From IMG/VR virus record IMGVR_UViG_3300045988_055634, positions 1 through 64,000 of that record: a DNA stretch of 64,000 bases; one strand, 5' to 3'. A program made the position numbers and the translations under genes. The DNA is from a virus. Positions 35,207 to 45,821 of this stretch are shown here, one piece after another (the stretch's first letter is position 1; every line of letters begins with the position of its first letter). The notes beneath the pieces were generated by a model that worked only from the letters and a program-made list of their open reading frames with translations, was not told the origin of the DNA and made no database searches.

Positions 35207-35901
35207 TGGCTGCTGAAACAATTGCTATCGTAGGTGAATCAGGTACTGGAAAAAGTACAAGTTTAAGAAATCTTAATCCCGAAACTACTTTTATTATAAG
35301 TACTACGGGTAAACCCCTTCCCTTCCGTGCATGGAAGAAGAAGTATATTCCCATCAAAATCGAAGGAAAGAACGTGAGTGGTAACTACTATGTAAGTTCA
35401 AAGTGGGACCAAATACTGAAAATTCTTCAAATTATTGATAAGATGATGCCACACATCAAGCAGGTAATCATTGATGACTTCCAATATGTTCTCTCTTATG
35501 AGTTCGTTGATAGAGCAACTGAAGTTGGTTATACTAAGTTTAGTGAATTAGCTCAACACGCTATGGAAATTCTGAGATATTCAGAAAAGATGAGAGAGGA
35601 TTGCAAAATGATCTTCTTGACTCACTCAGAAAATGTTGGAGACAACGTTAATCCTAAGTATGTTATCAAGACTGTTGGTAAGTTGCTGTCTGAAAAAGTA
35701 ACCTTGGAAGGTTTGTTTACATATATCTTCTTTACTAAAGTAAACGAAGGAGACTCCGGTAGAATGGAGTATAAGCTTATCACTAACAATGATGGTAGCT
35801 GTGTAGCAAAGACTTCTTTGGGAATGTTTGAAGACTTAGAAATTGATAATGATTTGGATGAGATTATTAAAGTTATTGACGCTTATAACGAAGGGGAATA
35901 A
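35206..35901 (+). CDS. RecA-family ATPase, Sak4-like
   Basis: Walker A GESGTGKST, Walker B VIIDDFQYV; ~230 aa, typical size of Sak4-type annealing ATPases. Confidence 0.5.
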   Translation: MAAETIAIVGESGTGKSTSLRNLNPETTFIISTTGKPLPFRAWKKKYIPIKIEGKNVSGNYYVSSKWDQILKILQIIDKMMPHIKQVIIDDFQYVLSYEFVDRATEVGYTKFSELAQHAMEILRYSEKMREDCKMIFLTHSENVGDNVNPKYVIKTVGKLLSEKVTLEGLFTYIFFTKVNEGDSGRMEYKLITNNDGSCVAKTSLGMFEDLEIDNDLDEIIKVIDAYNEGE

Positions 35902-36476
35902 TGAAATTAGACATACTGTTTCACTATGATGTGAATGAGCAAACGGGTAAAATCACCTATATTGGTAAAGAAGAAATCCATGTTGACACCGTAGCTACTA
36001 AGAAAGCTGCAAGTAGTAAATCTTCATCTGCTAAGGTAGATGAAAATCCTGAACCTATTATTACGCTTGATTCTAACAAGTTGATTTTGACCCAAGGGGC
36101 AGTAGACTTGTTACAAGTCTGTGCAGATTGTCGTGTAGACATCAAGTATAAGAAAAAGGATAAGAAGGCAGTTCCTATTATTGGAACCGATGCTGCTTTC
36201 GGTACTAAGGCTGGAAACAAGCTGACTAAAAGTAATACTGTAAGTTATAGAGGAGCTGCTAACGAAAAGCTTTCTGCTTACGGTACTGTCTTTAAGTTGG
36301 AACCTACAGAGGATAAAGGAATTTATTATCTGATAGGAGATAAGGTACAGGAGTCAAATCCTGTGCCGGAAGAGATAATTGATATCGAAAAAGAACTCGA
36401 TATAGAAGCATTAGATAATTTAAACATAGACGAAGATGACAAAAACTTAGAAAAATTTGATTTTAATTTGAATTAA
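35901..36476 (+). CDS. hypothetical protein
   Basis: 191 aa ORF, acidic C-terminus. Confidence 0.4.
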   Translation: MKLDILFHYDVNEQTGKITYIGKEEIHVDTVATKKAASSKSSSAKVDENPEPIITLDSNKLILTQGAVDLLQVCADCRVDIKYKKKDKKAVPIIGTDAAFGTKAGNKLTKSNTVSYRGAANEKLSAYGTVFKLEPTEDKGIYYLIGDKVQESNPVPEEIIDIEKELDIEALDNLNIDEDDKNLEKFDFNLN

Positions 36477-36478
36477 TT

Positions 36479-37174
36479 ATGGCATTTAATTTTGGTATAT
36501 CAGCAGACTCAGCAGTAAGAAACACACGTCGTCCTTTAACCCCTTGGAATATCCATGATGTAAAATTCATGGGTTGCGAAATCAAGGAATTTGATGGGAA
36601 GAAGGACCCAACAGCCCACTATAAAGTTTTGTCTATCAATTTTGAGAACGAAGATGGTTACTTCTCAGTAACTCAATTCTTCCCGAAAGCTGGTGATGAT
36701 GAGAGACGAGAATTTGATAGTAAGAATGGTGGAAAGGTAGTGATGCCCTCCAACTTCGAAACTTTGATGGCTGTAGTTAAACAGACTGCGCAGGTTCTTA
36801 ACCCTGCAGGATTCGAAAAGATGCAAGCAGCTAGCTCTAAGTTTAAGAGCTTCGACGATGTAGCTAAGGCTTTGATTACAATCACTGAGAAGGTGAAGGG
36901 AACAGAGACTAAGTTGAAGTTGATTGGTAGAAACCGTGACGGTAAGGTAGTTGCTGATATACCGCGTATTGTTGGTATTAACAAACAGGGTGAGTCGTTC
37001 ATTTCTGATAACTATATTGGCGATAAGCTGTTCTTCTCTGACTATGAGGAAGGAGAACGTCAGAAATATCTGAAGGCTAAGCCTACTGAAATGAAGTCAG
37101 AAGATCCAATTGCAGATGTAGCAGGAGTAGACCAAGCTCCAGCAGATGATTTGGACATCACTGACTTACTCTAA
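36479..37174 (+). CDS. putative single-stranded DNA-binding protein
   Basis: Position in the replication module and an acidic C-terminal tail DDLDITDLL typical of SSBs; no direct motif match. Confidence 0.35.
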   Translation: MAFNFGISADSAVRNTRRPLTPWNIHDVKFMGCEIKEFDGKKDPTAHYKVLSINFENEDGYFSVTQFFPKAGDDERREFDSKNGGKVVMPSNFETLMAVVKQTAQVLNPAGFEKMQAASSKFKSFDDVAKALITITEKVKGTETKLKLIGRNRDGKVVADIPRIVGINKQGESFISDNYIGDKLFFSDYEEGERQKYLKAKPTEMKSEDPIADVAGVDQAPADDLDITDLL

Positions 37175-37208
37175 TGATTTGTTAGTAGAGTAATTCATAA
37201 ATTCCTTA

Positions 37209-38222
37209 GTGACCATGTTTGATTATACTTTTGAACCAAAAATTACTAAGGAATTTCTTCTATCTAAAAACAATGAGGAGACTTACATGACTTATTATCT
37301 GGGCATCCCAGTTAAGAAAGGATTGTTTAAGTCTCCTTTGCGTAGTGACAGTCATGTCACTTGCAGTTTCTTTAGAGGAAAATCTGGAAACTTGTATTTT
37401 AAAGACTTTGCTTCTGGAAAATGTCTCACATTCGAAGGAGTAGTTATGGAAAAGTATAATTGTAACTACCACACTGCTTTAAGGATTATAGCTAAAGACT
37501 TTGGATATACGAAAGATTCTTCCGTAAAGAAAGTTGCAGTGAAAATCCAGCCTAAGTTTGAAGAAGAGAAACAAACTTTTATTCAGATAGAGGCTAAGGA
37601 TTTTTCAGAACCTGAGTTGAAGTGGTGGGGAAGTTTTGGTATAACTAAAGACATCCTATATAAGTTCAAAGTATACAGTTGTAGTACTGTATTTTTGAAT
37701 GGGAACATATACGCACAATCTGCCCAGCATAGTCCTATATATGGCTATTATTTTGGAAAGAAAGAGAACATCGAGCAATGGCGAATTTATATGCCAAAAC
37801 GAAAGGAGTTTAGATTCATAGGAAATGTTTCAACCAAGACTATTCAAGGCTATAAGCAATTAGCTAAGAGTGGAAAACTAGTTGTTATAACTAAATCTAT
37901 GAAAGATGTAATGTGTTTATATTCTTTAGGAATACCAGCTATAGCTCCCAACTCTGAAACTCAGTTTGTTTCTGATAAGATTTTAGAAGAATTAAAGCAG
38001 AGATTCAAATACGTTGTGTTGCTATATGATAATGATTTGACTGGAGTACGTTTTACTAATAAGATTAGGAAAGAGCATCCAGAACTAATTGTATCAATGA
38101 TTCCCAGAAGCACAGGAGCTAAGGATATAAGTGATTATTACCATATGTATGGAAGAAAAGGTACACAAGAATTTATTACTAATTACATAAAGAAACTTAA
38201 GAAGAATGAAAAAGTAGACTAA
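37209..38222 (+). CDS. DNA primase (TOPRIM domain)
   Basis: N-terminal Cys/His cluster CSFFRGKSGN, TOPRIM-like VVLLYDNDLTG. Confidence 0.6.
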   Translation: MTMFDYTFEPKITKEFLLSKNNEETYMTYYLGIPVKKGLFKSPLRSDSHVTCSFFRGKSGNLYFKDFASGKCLTFEGVVMEKYNCNYHTALRIIAKDFGYTKDSSVKKVAVKIQPKFEEEKQTFIQIEAKDFSEPELKWWGSFGITKDILYKFKVYSCSTVFLNGNIYAQSAQHSPIYGYYFGKKENIEQWRIYMPKRKEFRFIGNVSTKTIQGYKQLAKSGKLVVITKSMKDVMCLYSLGIPAIAPNSETQFVSDKILEELKQRFKYVVLLYDNDLTGVRFTNKIRKEHPELIVSMIPRSTGAKDISDYYHMYGRKGTQEFITNYIKKLKKNEKVD

Positions 38223-38301
38223 TACAAGTGTTACAGCCATCTTTAAGGACGGTAGTAGGAAAACTTTTGAATCTGTTGAATTAGCCTCCGAAGGAACTGG
38301 T

Positions 38302-38751
38302 TTGGAGATAAACTCAATCAAAGCTAGAGCTAATAAGCCTGGCTCTGGAGCAAAATCAAAAGACGGAATTACCTTTGAATGGGCAGACCCCGCAGTTAGA
38401 AGAAGTAAGCAGGCAAAGAAGAGTAAACAAAAAGGCTCTCAGTATGAATTAGAAATAATTCACAAACTTAGAGATATAGGATACGAAGGATGTGTGTCTA
38501 GCAGAAGTCAAAACAAATTGGCTGATGCTGACAAAATAGATATTGTTGACATGAACAATGAACTTCCGGTTAATATCCAAGCTAAATTTACTCAGAATAT
38601 GCCTAACTATTTTGATATTAGAGATGCTTGCAGTGATAAGTCAAAGCCGTTCTGTATATGCTGGAAAAAGGCAGGAAAGAATGGAGAGTCAGCTAGAGGG
38701 CAAGTTGCTGTAATACCTATAGAATATTTTTATGAATTGCTTAGAAAATGA
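38302..38751 (+). CDS. putative PD-(D/E)xK nuclease, Holliday-junction-resolvase-like
   Basis: DADKIDIVD...IQAKF resembles a PD-(D/E)xK core; weak. Confidence 0.3.
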   Translation: MEINSIKARANKPGSGAKSKDGITFEWADPAVRRSKQAKKSKQKGSQYELEIIHKLRDIGYEGCVSSRSQNKLADADKIDIVDMNNELPVNIQAKFTQNMPNYFDIRDACSDKSKPFCICWKKAGKNGESARGQVAVIPIEYFYELLRK

Positions 38752-38996
38752 AAAAGTTAGTAGTTAAAGGTCCGGTTCCTACGATTAAAAATTGTATAGT
38801 TAATGACTTTGATGATGAATATGCTCTTTATTTAAGGACAGCTAAAAAGAATTGGAGAACAATGGAAGCATTCTCTCTTGAGTTTGATTCCACTTTATCT
38901 GATTTGAAGAAAAGTCATTTCATCTACGTAGATAGAGAAGACCTAGAGCTATTAATAAAGAAGCGATTGAACGTTATTGAAGTAATCGAGTTATGA
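38748..38996 (+). CDS. hypothetical protein
   Basis: 82 aa ORF. Confidence 0.35.
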   Translation: MKKLVVKGPVPTIKNCIVNDFDDEYALYLRTAKKNWRTMEAFSLEFDSTLSDLKKSHFIYVDREDLELLIKKRLNVIEVIEL

Positions 38997-39214
38997 ACAT
39001 ATATTTATTTCCATGGCATACAGACGAAGTCTGTACTATTAGCAAAGTAGTAGCAAGAAGCTATGAGGATTGCGAAGAGAAGATAAAGAGTATGTATATA
39101 AATAAATACGACGATTTAGATGATCTTCTGGATTATGATGATTTCTGTATAGAACTTGCTGAAAAACATGGAATATATTTAGGAGACGTATCTGAGATAA
39201 ATGAATTTATGTAA
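38993..39214 (+). CDS. hypothetical protein
   Basis: 73 aa ORF. Confidence 0.35.
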   Translation: MNIYLFPWHTDEVCTISKVVARSYEDCEEKIKSMYINKYDDLDDLLDYDDFCIELAEKHGIYLGDVSEINEFM

Positions 39215-39719
39215 TCCATTAAGGATAGCGTTAGACTTGGATGACACAATCTTCGATTTCTGGGGAGCATATAAAACACTATTCCCTAGAGAATCAGATT
39301 TAGTTGAGCACGTAATTACACGAAACGTAGTAAGTCTTCGCTACAACAAGGAGTTTTGGGAAAATTTACCCTTGCTAGAAAAGCCAAATTTCGAGCCGCA
39401 TATTTATGCAACCAAAAGAATTAACAGTAAAACTTATACTCGAAATTGTCTAGCTAAATACAATTTACCCATAAGACCTATTTATCAAATGTATTATCAG
39501 CACGGAAACAAGGCTGACTTGATAAAAGGCAAATGCGATGTATTAATCGACGACAGTATTAGTAATGTGACTATGGCAATAAACTCTGGACTTCCAGCAT
39601 TGCTAATAGATAGGCCACATAACCAGAATGGAGATCCTTTATTCCGCATTTATAGTTTAGATATTGACGAAATTAGATTTGCATATGAATTAGAATTAGC
39701 AACTTTAGGATGGAATTAA
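39201..39719 (+). CDS. HAD-family 5'(3')-deoxyribonucleotidase-like protein
   Basis: DxDxT motif ALDLDDTIFDF and C-terminal LIDD. Confidence 0.5.
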   Translation: MNLCNPLRIALDLDDTIFDFWGAYKTLFPRESDLVEHVITRNVVSLRYNKEFWENLPLLEKPNFEPHIYATKRINSKTYTRNCLAKYNLPIRPIYQMYYQHGNKADLIKGKCDVLIDDSISNVTMAINSGLPALLIDRPHNQNGDPLFRIYSLDIDEIRFAYELELATLGWN

Positions 39720-40759
39720 AAGATATCAAGCTTAGGCCGCTGCTAGACACACTAAGATTGGAGAAGATAAGTGATAAGGTATATTTTTCTGAACAGTACA
39801 GTGGATATGTTAGTAACTCCCGTTTAGGATTAATTAATCCTCGGCAGGATGGTAATCCAGATAAATTCTTTACTGGGTTTAAAAATACTTTCTCTTCTGC
39901 TCTGGAACTTGGAAGCGCTGTACACGAGTTAGTGCTACAGCCAGATAGTTTTGAACTGTCAGAAGACATTGGTAAACCTACTGCAAAGTTAGGAGCAATG
40001 GCTAATGAACTCTATCCCGTTTTTCTGAAAGGAGAAGTAACATTTGACGATGTAAAGAAAGCATCAGACAAGGTCGAATATTACAAGGGAAAGCTTACCA
40101 AGGAACTAGCTAAATCTGTGATTGAAGCTTCTACTAACTATTGGAAGAATAGACAGCTAAAAGAATTTGATTTAACACAAGATAAGGAAATTATATATCT
40201 TGACAACAAATCACTAGAAATCGTAAAGTCTTGTGTATCAGCATTAAATAGCAATAAGCAAGTGCAGAAACTTTTACATCCTGAAGGGATAACTAAAACA
40301 CCTATTTCTGAAAATGAGCAAGCTATTTTATTGGACGTGGAGGCGACCTGCCCTAATGGAAAAAAGTTTATCTTACACCTGAAGTCCAAACTAGATAATT
40401 ATACAATAGATACAGAAACTAACACTATTGTAGTGAATGATATTAAGACGATTGGAAAAATCGTTAGTGAAATTGACACCAATATCAATAAGTATCACTA
40501 TAGTAGGGAGTTTGCGATGTATTTATACCTTCTGAAGTTGTGTGCTGAAAAGTTCTATAACTTGGAGAATCCAAAATTGCAAGCTAATTACTTAGTAGTT
40601 TCTACCATTCCGAACTTTTATAGTAAGGTTAGGCCAGTTACTTATTTGGAATTGCGACAAGGATTTCATGAGTTCAAGACTCTTTTGAAGTATGTAGCCT
40701 ATCAGATAGGTTATAGAGACTATTCTCTTGATGAACGACCTTCAAAATATCAGCTTTGA
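39710..40759 (+). CDS. putative PD-(D/E)xK-type exonuclease
   Basis: GSAVHELVL motif and location beside the Sak4-like gene; weak. Confidence 0.3.
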   Translation: MELKDIKLRPLLDTLRLEKISDKVYFSEQYSGYVSNSRLGLINPRQDGNPDKFFTGFKNTFSSALELGSAVHELVLQPDSFELSEDIGKPTAKLGAMANELYPVFLKGEVTFDDVKKASDKVEYYKGKLTKELAKSVIEASTNYWKNRQLKEFDLTQDKEIIYLDNKSLEIVKSCVSALNSNKQVQKLLHPEGITKTPISENEQAILLDVEATCPNGKKFILHLKSKLDNYTIDTETNTIVVNDIKTIGKIVSEIDTNINKYHYSREFAMYLYLLKLCAEKFYNLENPKLQANYLVVSTIPNFYSKVRPVTYLELRQGFHEFKTLLKYVAYQIGYRDYSLDERPSKYQL

Positions 40760-41081
40760 ACAATTGTCATCAATTTACTCAAAATACTTTACCTTAAACT
40801 ACCTAGGGAGCAATATGGGTGATAAACTAGCCTGTATTGCTCTTACTTGTTATATAACTAATGAGTTAAAGAAAAAAGGTCAAAAGGTAACGTGTTATGA
40901 TGTTTTATTGAAAGTTGGAAAAGATTTTAGGGAGGGAGAAAAAAATACCTTTCTGAAGTCTTTAGGGGCTATCTGTGAGGATTTAATGTATGGGTGTACC
41001 ACTTTTCTTGACTTTGGTATTAAGCCGAAAGATATGCCCAAACAGCTCCAGATTTTGCTCGACAATTATGTACCATTTTAA
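40728..41081 (+). CDS. hypothetical protein
   Basis: 117 aa ORF. Confidence 0.4.
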   Translation: MMNDLQNISFEQLSSIYSKYFTLNYLGSNMGDKLACIALTCYITNELKKKGQKVTCYDVLLKVGKDFREGEKNTFLKSLGAICEDLMYGCTTFLDFGIKPKDMPKQLQILLDNYVPF

Positions 41082-41262
41082 GAGATTTTTAGTTAAGAGG
41101 ATTTTAACGTCCTTTAACATAAAATTAACATTTGAAGATTAGGGTTTCTATGTATGATGTAGTATAATTGATTACATCAGTAAGGGAAACAATACTGATT
41201 AGATACGGAAAAATAATTTCAGATTATATGTTAATGATTTATGTTTAAAAATTTTATTTATT

Positions 41263-41820
41263 ATGAGTACAACGATTTTGAATTTTAAGAAAGTAGAAGT
41301 AGTAGCAGAAAGCAAAGAAGCAGCAATCGCACAAGTTGAAAGCACATTATTCCATGTAAATGGTGATGCAACTCAGGCTTACAAAAATTGGAAAGCTAAA
41401 CAGACTAAGGGTATTACTGAGCGTGATGTAAAAGAGTTTATGCTTGAATATCTCGCTAAGAAAGGCAAGAACTGCCCCGGTGCTGGTTATCTGATTACTA
41501 TTGAATCGTCTGTTGCAGACACTCGTGAGCGTCCGTACAAGATTGACGATGTTAAAGGTGATGGAAAGCGTAAGTTTAAGACTTTCTACAAGTGGATTGA
41601 CAAAGAAACTAAGACTGTTGTTTGCCAAGTTGATACTAACAAAGCTGACGCTAAGAACGCAATCAAAGAATTGTATAAGAGCGGTAAGTATAAAGGAAAT
41701 GCTGAGTTGGTGAAAACTAAGGATGTTGTTGAAGGACAAGCAGTAGTAGCAACTGCACAATATACTCCTTCTAAGAATACCAAGAATGGTACTTGGTTAG
41801 CTTTCGGTATCGAAGCCTAA
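41263..41820 (+). CDS. lysine-rich hypothetical protein, probably highly expressed
   Basis: 185 aa ORF preceded by 180 bp AT-rich intergenic region and followed by a strong intrinsic terminator. Confidence 0.5.
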   Translation: MSTTILNFKKVEVVAESKEAAIAQVESTLFHVNGDATQAYKNWKAKQTKGITERDVKEFMLEYLAKKGKNCPGAGYLITIESSVADTRERPYKIDDVKGDGKRKFKTFYKWIDKETKTVVCQVDTNKADAKNAIKELYKSGKYKGNAELVKTKDVVEGQAVVATAQYTPSKNTKNGTWLAFGIEA

Positions 41821-41845
41821 TTTCTTGAAAGATATACGTTTAAAA

Positions 41846-41877
41846 GGAAGATTGCCTAAGGGTGGTCTTCCTTTTTT
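41846..41877 (+). terminator. intrinsic terminator
   Basis: Hairpin ggaagat...gtcttcc followed by TTTTTT. Confidence 0.65.
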
Positions 41878-41953
41878 ATTTTGAGATAAGCTATATTTAA
41901 TAGATATTAAACGTAATTTAATTATGGAAGTGTAACAACTAATTAACAATTAA

Positions 41954-42544
41954 ATGGAATTTACTCCTATAACAGGACTTCAGATTAGAATTAATTTCTA
42001 TACAAACAGAGGTTGTGTGCTTGAAGATGTAATAGAAAATCATTTCTATAACTATTTTAGCTTAGTTAATCCTCTAATAATCGGAAGAAAAGAATCCATC
42101 GCGGGAAAACCTACAGATGGAATAGTTAGGTTCTATGATGAAAACCGGAATGTCAAGTTCTGGATTCTTCAAGAAACTAAAAGAGATATAGGTATTAACT
42201 CTGTTTTCGTACATAGGTCTTTATTACAGGCTATGATGTATTTAGGAAACGTGTATTATGATACTAGTACTCATTTAGGAGTAGATAATTTCAATGGAGT
42301 ATTTCTCGATTCGGCAAGGTATTTTTGCTACATTCCGAGAAGAGAAATAGATACTCTAATGGAAAAATTTGAACCTTTATGGCGCAAATATTTTCGAGTT
42401 TCACCTTCCAAAGCATACAAAGAACCAGAATTAGAGAGTTTTGCAGAATTAGCTATGTATTCTCTAAGGCATAGGGTTAAAGCATTGGATGAACACTTTA
42501 GATTAGACCTCCTATTAAAGGAGATTTACTATAATAATGTTTAA
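41954..42544 (+). CDS. hypothetical protein
   Basis: 196 aa ORF. Confidence 0.45.
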   Translation: MEFTPITGLQIRINFYTNRGCVLEDVIENHFYNYFSLVNPLIIGRKESIAGKPTDGIVRFYDENRNVKFWILQETKRDIGINSVFVHRSLLQAMMYLGNVYYDTSTHLGVDNFNGVFLDSARYFCYIPRREIDTLMEKFEPLWRKYFRVSPSKAYKEPELESFAELAMYSLRHRVKALDEHFRLDLLLKEIYYNNV

Positions 42545-42546
42545 AT

Positions 42547-43314
42547 ATGGAATTGACGATTGAACAATTGATGCAAGGAAAAGCAACTAGAATTAAGGAT
42601 AAAGAGTATTTTACTACTGAAGCCTATGTAACTCCGTTTATAGACAGAGTATCTAAAATGACTGATAATTTTATCATTAATGCTAAGCCTGCTGACCAAA
42701 TATCGCTTACTAAAGATGGGGAGATTAATTTTGATGATGTAATATACAATAGAGTTTGGATTCAAGGTGTTTTGCCGGACGAATATGCTTGGGATAATCA
42801 TAAAAGAGTAATTAGTATGATTTATGCCCTTGATACTCGTAAACCATTAGTTAAGTTCTATGTAGGAGCTTTAAATATGGCTTGTCTAAACTTGTGTGTA
42901 TTTAATCCAGAAATGTTAAATGTTTCTGAGCTAGAGCCAGAATCTGCTATTAACTATAGCTTCTTAAGAAATGCTATGTCGATGACAGATGAAACCAACT
43001 TAATGCTTAAGAAACTTTCAGAGATGGAGTATAAGAAAGATGATATATATGCTGACCTAGGTCACTGGGTTGACAACTGCATCAATTCTAAAATCAACAT
43101 GGGATTTGGTTCTGTAAAATTAGCTGAATCTGCTCCGATTGATGTTTATAAAGATTTGTTTTATGATGAAAAATCTAAGTATTATACAACAGACAATGTT
43201 GTAGATGGATTTACTGTGTATAACGCATTTACTGACTTGATTACCCAGGATAAGAGAGACTTAGTAAATAAATTCGAGAAGACATTGTTAATTAAGGACG
43301 TAATGGGTATTTAA
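42547..43314 (+). CDS. hypothetical protein
   Basis: 255 aa ORF. Confidence 0.45.
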   Translation: MELTIEQLMQGKATRIKDKEYFTTEAYVTPFIDRVSKMTDNFIINAKPADQISLTKDGEINFDDVIYNRVWIQGVLPDEYAWDNHKRVISMIYALDTRKPLVKFYVGALNMACLNLCVFNPEMLNVSELEPESAINYSFLRNAMSMTDETNLMLKKLSEMEYKKDDIYADLGHWVDNCINSKINMGFGSVKLAESAPIDVYKDLFYDEKSKYYTTDNVVDGFTVYNAFTDLITQDKRDLVNKFEKTLLIKDVMGI

Positions 43315-43315
43315 T

Positions 43316-45484
43316 ATGCAAGTAGTAAAGAGAGACGGAAGTTTACAGGAATTTGACGGTAATAAGATAGTAGAAGCAATATCTAAAGCATTTAATGCTT
43401 GCTGTCCTGAAGAAAATAAAGAAGTCATTACAGCTATGGTGGCTGATATGCATTTATGGGACGGCATTACTATAGAAGAGATTCAGGACGTAGTAATAGA
43501 AACCTTGAGGGACTATGGTTACGATGATGTAGCCTCAGCATATTCTCAGTATAGAAGTGAACAATCTAGACTTAGAGAAATCATAGCTAAGATTAGTTAT
43601 CAAGATAACTATATTAATAGTTCCGAAAATGCAGCTACTTCATCTGAAACAGATGGAAATGCTAATGTTGTATCTAAGAACGTTGCTACATTAGAGAGTG
43701 AGGATAGAAAGCGCGAGAACAGAGAAATTCAGCGCTATCGTATGAAGAAGAAATTAAAGCTTCTTTATCCCGAACTCTCTTCTCAATATTCTAGAGACCT
43801 AGACAGTCATATTATTTATACTCACGATGAGGCTTCTACGTCAGTACTTAAACAGTATTGTATGGCAGTCTCGTTATATCCTCTAATGTTAGAGGGAGTA
43901 GGTAACATTGATGGAGTTACTCCTGGCCCTCCTAATGATTTGCAGTCATTTAGTGGACAGGTTACTAACTTAGTATTTCTATTGTCTTCTCAATGTAAAG
44001 GAGCAGTTGCTGTAGGTAGCTATTTTATTGCACTTAACTATTATATTATTGCTGAATACGGAGAAAAATGGTACGAGAAGCTCGACTGTATATGTACTTC
44101 GGAACATTCTCTTATTAAGAGAACTATCGAAGACTCCATCCTTAAAGCTTTTAAACAGTTTGTTTGGGGAATTAATCAACCTGCTGGAAACAGAAGTTAT
44201 CAATCTCCCTTTACTAATGTTTCGTACTATGATAAGACCTATTTTGAATCTCTATTTGGAGAATTTTACTATCCAGACGGAACTAAGCCGGAATGGGTAG
44301 CAATTGATACTTTACAGAGATTGTTCATGTCTTGGTTTAATAAACTTCGCTTGAAACAAGTTCTGACATTTCCAGTAGAAACCTTTGCTATGGTGCATGA
44401 CGGTAAAGACATTATAGATAAGAACTATAAAGACTTATGTGCAGAAATGTATTCTCAAGGTCATAGTTTCTTTACCTATATCTCAGACAGTGCAGATAGT
44501 CTTGCATCTTGTTGTCGTCTTCGTAATGAATTAGCTGAAAATACATTTAGTCCTACCTCTGGTATGACTGGTGTAAAGACAGGTTCTTGTAATGTTATTA
44601 CTCTGAATATTAACAGAATTGTCCAAGATTGGGCTAGACAAGAAACTACTTGGTGGAGTGAAGATGGAGACAAAAATCTCTTGCATTGTAAAGATAATGT
44701 TGCCCTACTCAAAAAATATCTAATAGATATTCTAGAGAGAGTATACAAGTATCACATTACCTATAAGACCATGCTCTATGAGTGGGAGGATAAGAAGATG
44801 TTTGCTTCTTCAAATGGAGGTTACATAAACATCAAAGACCTATATAGTACTATTGGGCTAAATGGTCTGAATGAAGCTGCTGAGTTCTTAGGAATGAAGG
44901 TATCTAATAATCCAGAATATTTTGAGTTTTTACAGCTCATACTTGGAACAATAAAAGAGCAGAATAAACTTCATTCTATCCATGACAAAAAGCGCCCCTT
45001 CTTATTTAATTCTGAAGTCGTTCCAGCAGAGGGACTTGGTGGTAAGAATTATAAATGGGATAAAGCAGATGGCTATTGGGTTCCTGAAGATAGGAATCTA
45101 TACAATAGTTACTTCTATAATGCCCATGATGATACATCAGTATTAGATAAGTTTATACTTCATGGAAGGCAGACTTATCAGTATACAGATGGAGGTAGTG
45201 CAGCTCATATTAACTTGGAGGAACATCTATCTAAGGAGCAATACTTGAAGCTTATAGACTTTGCTATTCAGCAAGGAACTAATTACTTCACGTTCAATAT
45301 TCCTAATAGTAAGTGCGAGGATTGTAAACATATTGTGAAAGCCCCCATTAAGGTATGTCCTAAATGTGGAAGTGAACATATTACTCAATATACCAGAATT
45401 ATTGGCTATCTAAGACCTATCACTGCTTTTGGTAAGGATAGAAGAATAGAAGCTGAAAGAAGAACATATTCAAAAAATGTATAA
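43316..45484 (+). CDS. nrdD: anaerobic ribonucleoside-triphosphate reductase (class III)
   Basis: N-terminal ATP-cone VKRDGSLQEFDGNKIVEAI; C-terminal zinc ribbon CEDCKH...CPKCGS and glycyl-radical region RIIGYLRP; 722 aa. Confidence 0.85.
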   Translation: MQVVKRDGSLQEFDGNKIVEAISKAFNACCPEENKEVITAMVADMHLWDGITIEEIQDVVIETLRDYGYDDVASAYSQYRSEQSRLREIIAKISYQDNYINSSENAATSSETDGNANVVSKNVATLESEDRKRENREIQRYRMKKKLKLLYPELSSQYSRDLDSHIIYTHDEASTSVLKQYCMAVSLYPLMLEGVGNIDGVTPGPPNDLQSFSGQVTNLVFLLSSQCKGAVAVGSYFIALNYYIIAEYGEKWYEKLDCICTSEHSLIKRTIEDSILKAFKQFVWGINQPAGNRSYQSPFTNVSYYDKTYFESLFGEFYYPDGTKPEWVAIDTLQRLFMSWFNKLRLKQVLTFPVETFAMVHDGKDIIDKNYKDLCAEMYSQGHSFFTYISDSADSLASCCRLRNELAENTFSPTSGMTGVKTGSCNVITLNINRIVQDWARQETTWWSEDGDKNLLHCKDNVALLKKYLIDILERVYKYHITYKTMLYEWEDKKMFASSNGGYINIKDLYSTIGLNGLNEAAEFLGMKVSNNPEYFEFLQLILGTIKEQNKLHSIHDKKRPFLFNSEVVPAEGLGGKNYKWDKADGYWVPEDRNLYNSYFYNAHDDTSVLDKFILHGRQTYQYTDGGSAAHINLEEHLSKEQYLKLIDFAIQQGTNYFTFNIPNSKCEDCKHIVKAPIKVCPKCGSEHITQYTRIIGYLRPITAFGKDRRIEAERRTYSKNV

Positions 45485-45821
45485 AATAGAAGAGTTTGTA
45501 GGAACAGCTGCTGAGCTGGAGAAGTTCCTTAATGAAATGCAAGTTATTAAACATTTTAATCTATCTCATATAGTATCTAGACAAGCTAAAACTTTTGCAG
45601 GACCTGGATGCTCAGTTGATAGAACCGTTTATACCTTAGTATTTTATGGGAATGACGAAGAAAAGAAGAGACAAATATATCTTGAATATGCTAAAGAAAA
45701 CTTATGTAAAGATTGCTTGACTTGTGCAGACTTCGGGTATTATTGTAGAGGAAATAAAGAAAGATGTAATGCGTGGAAATACGATGAAAAAGCACATTAT
45801 AGAATTGATAAAGTTGTATGA
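45477..45821 (+). CDS. hypothetical Cys-rich protein
   Basis: 114 aa ORF. Confidence 0.4.
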   Translation: MYKIEEFVGTAAELEKFLNEMQVIKHFNLSHIVSRQAKTFAGPGCSVDRTVYTLVFYGNDEEKKRQIYLEYAKENLCKDCLTCADFGYYCRGNKERCNAWKYDEKAHYRIDKVV

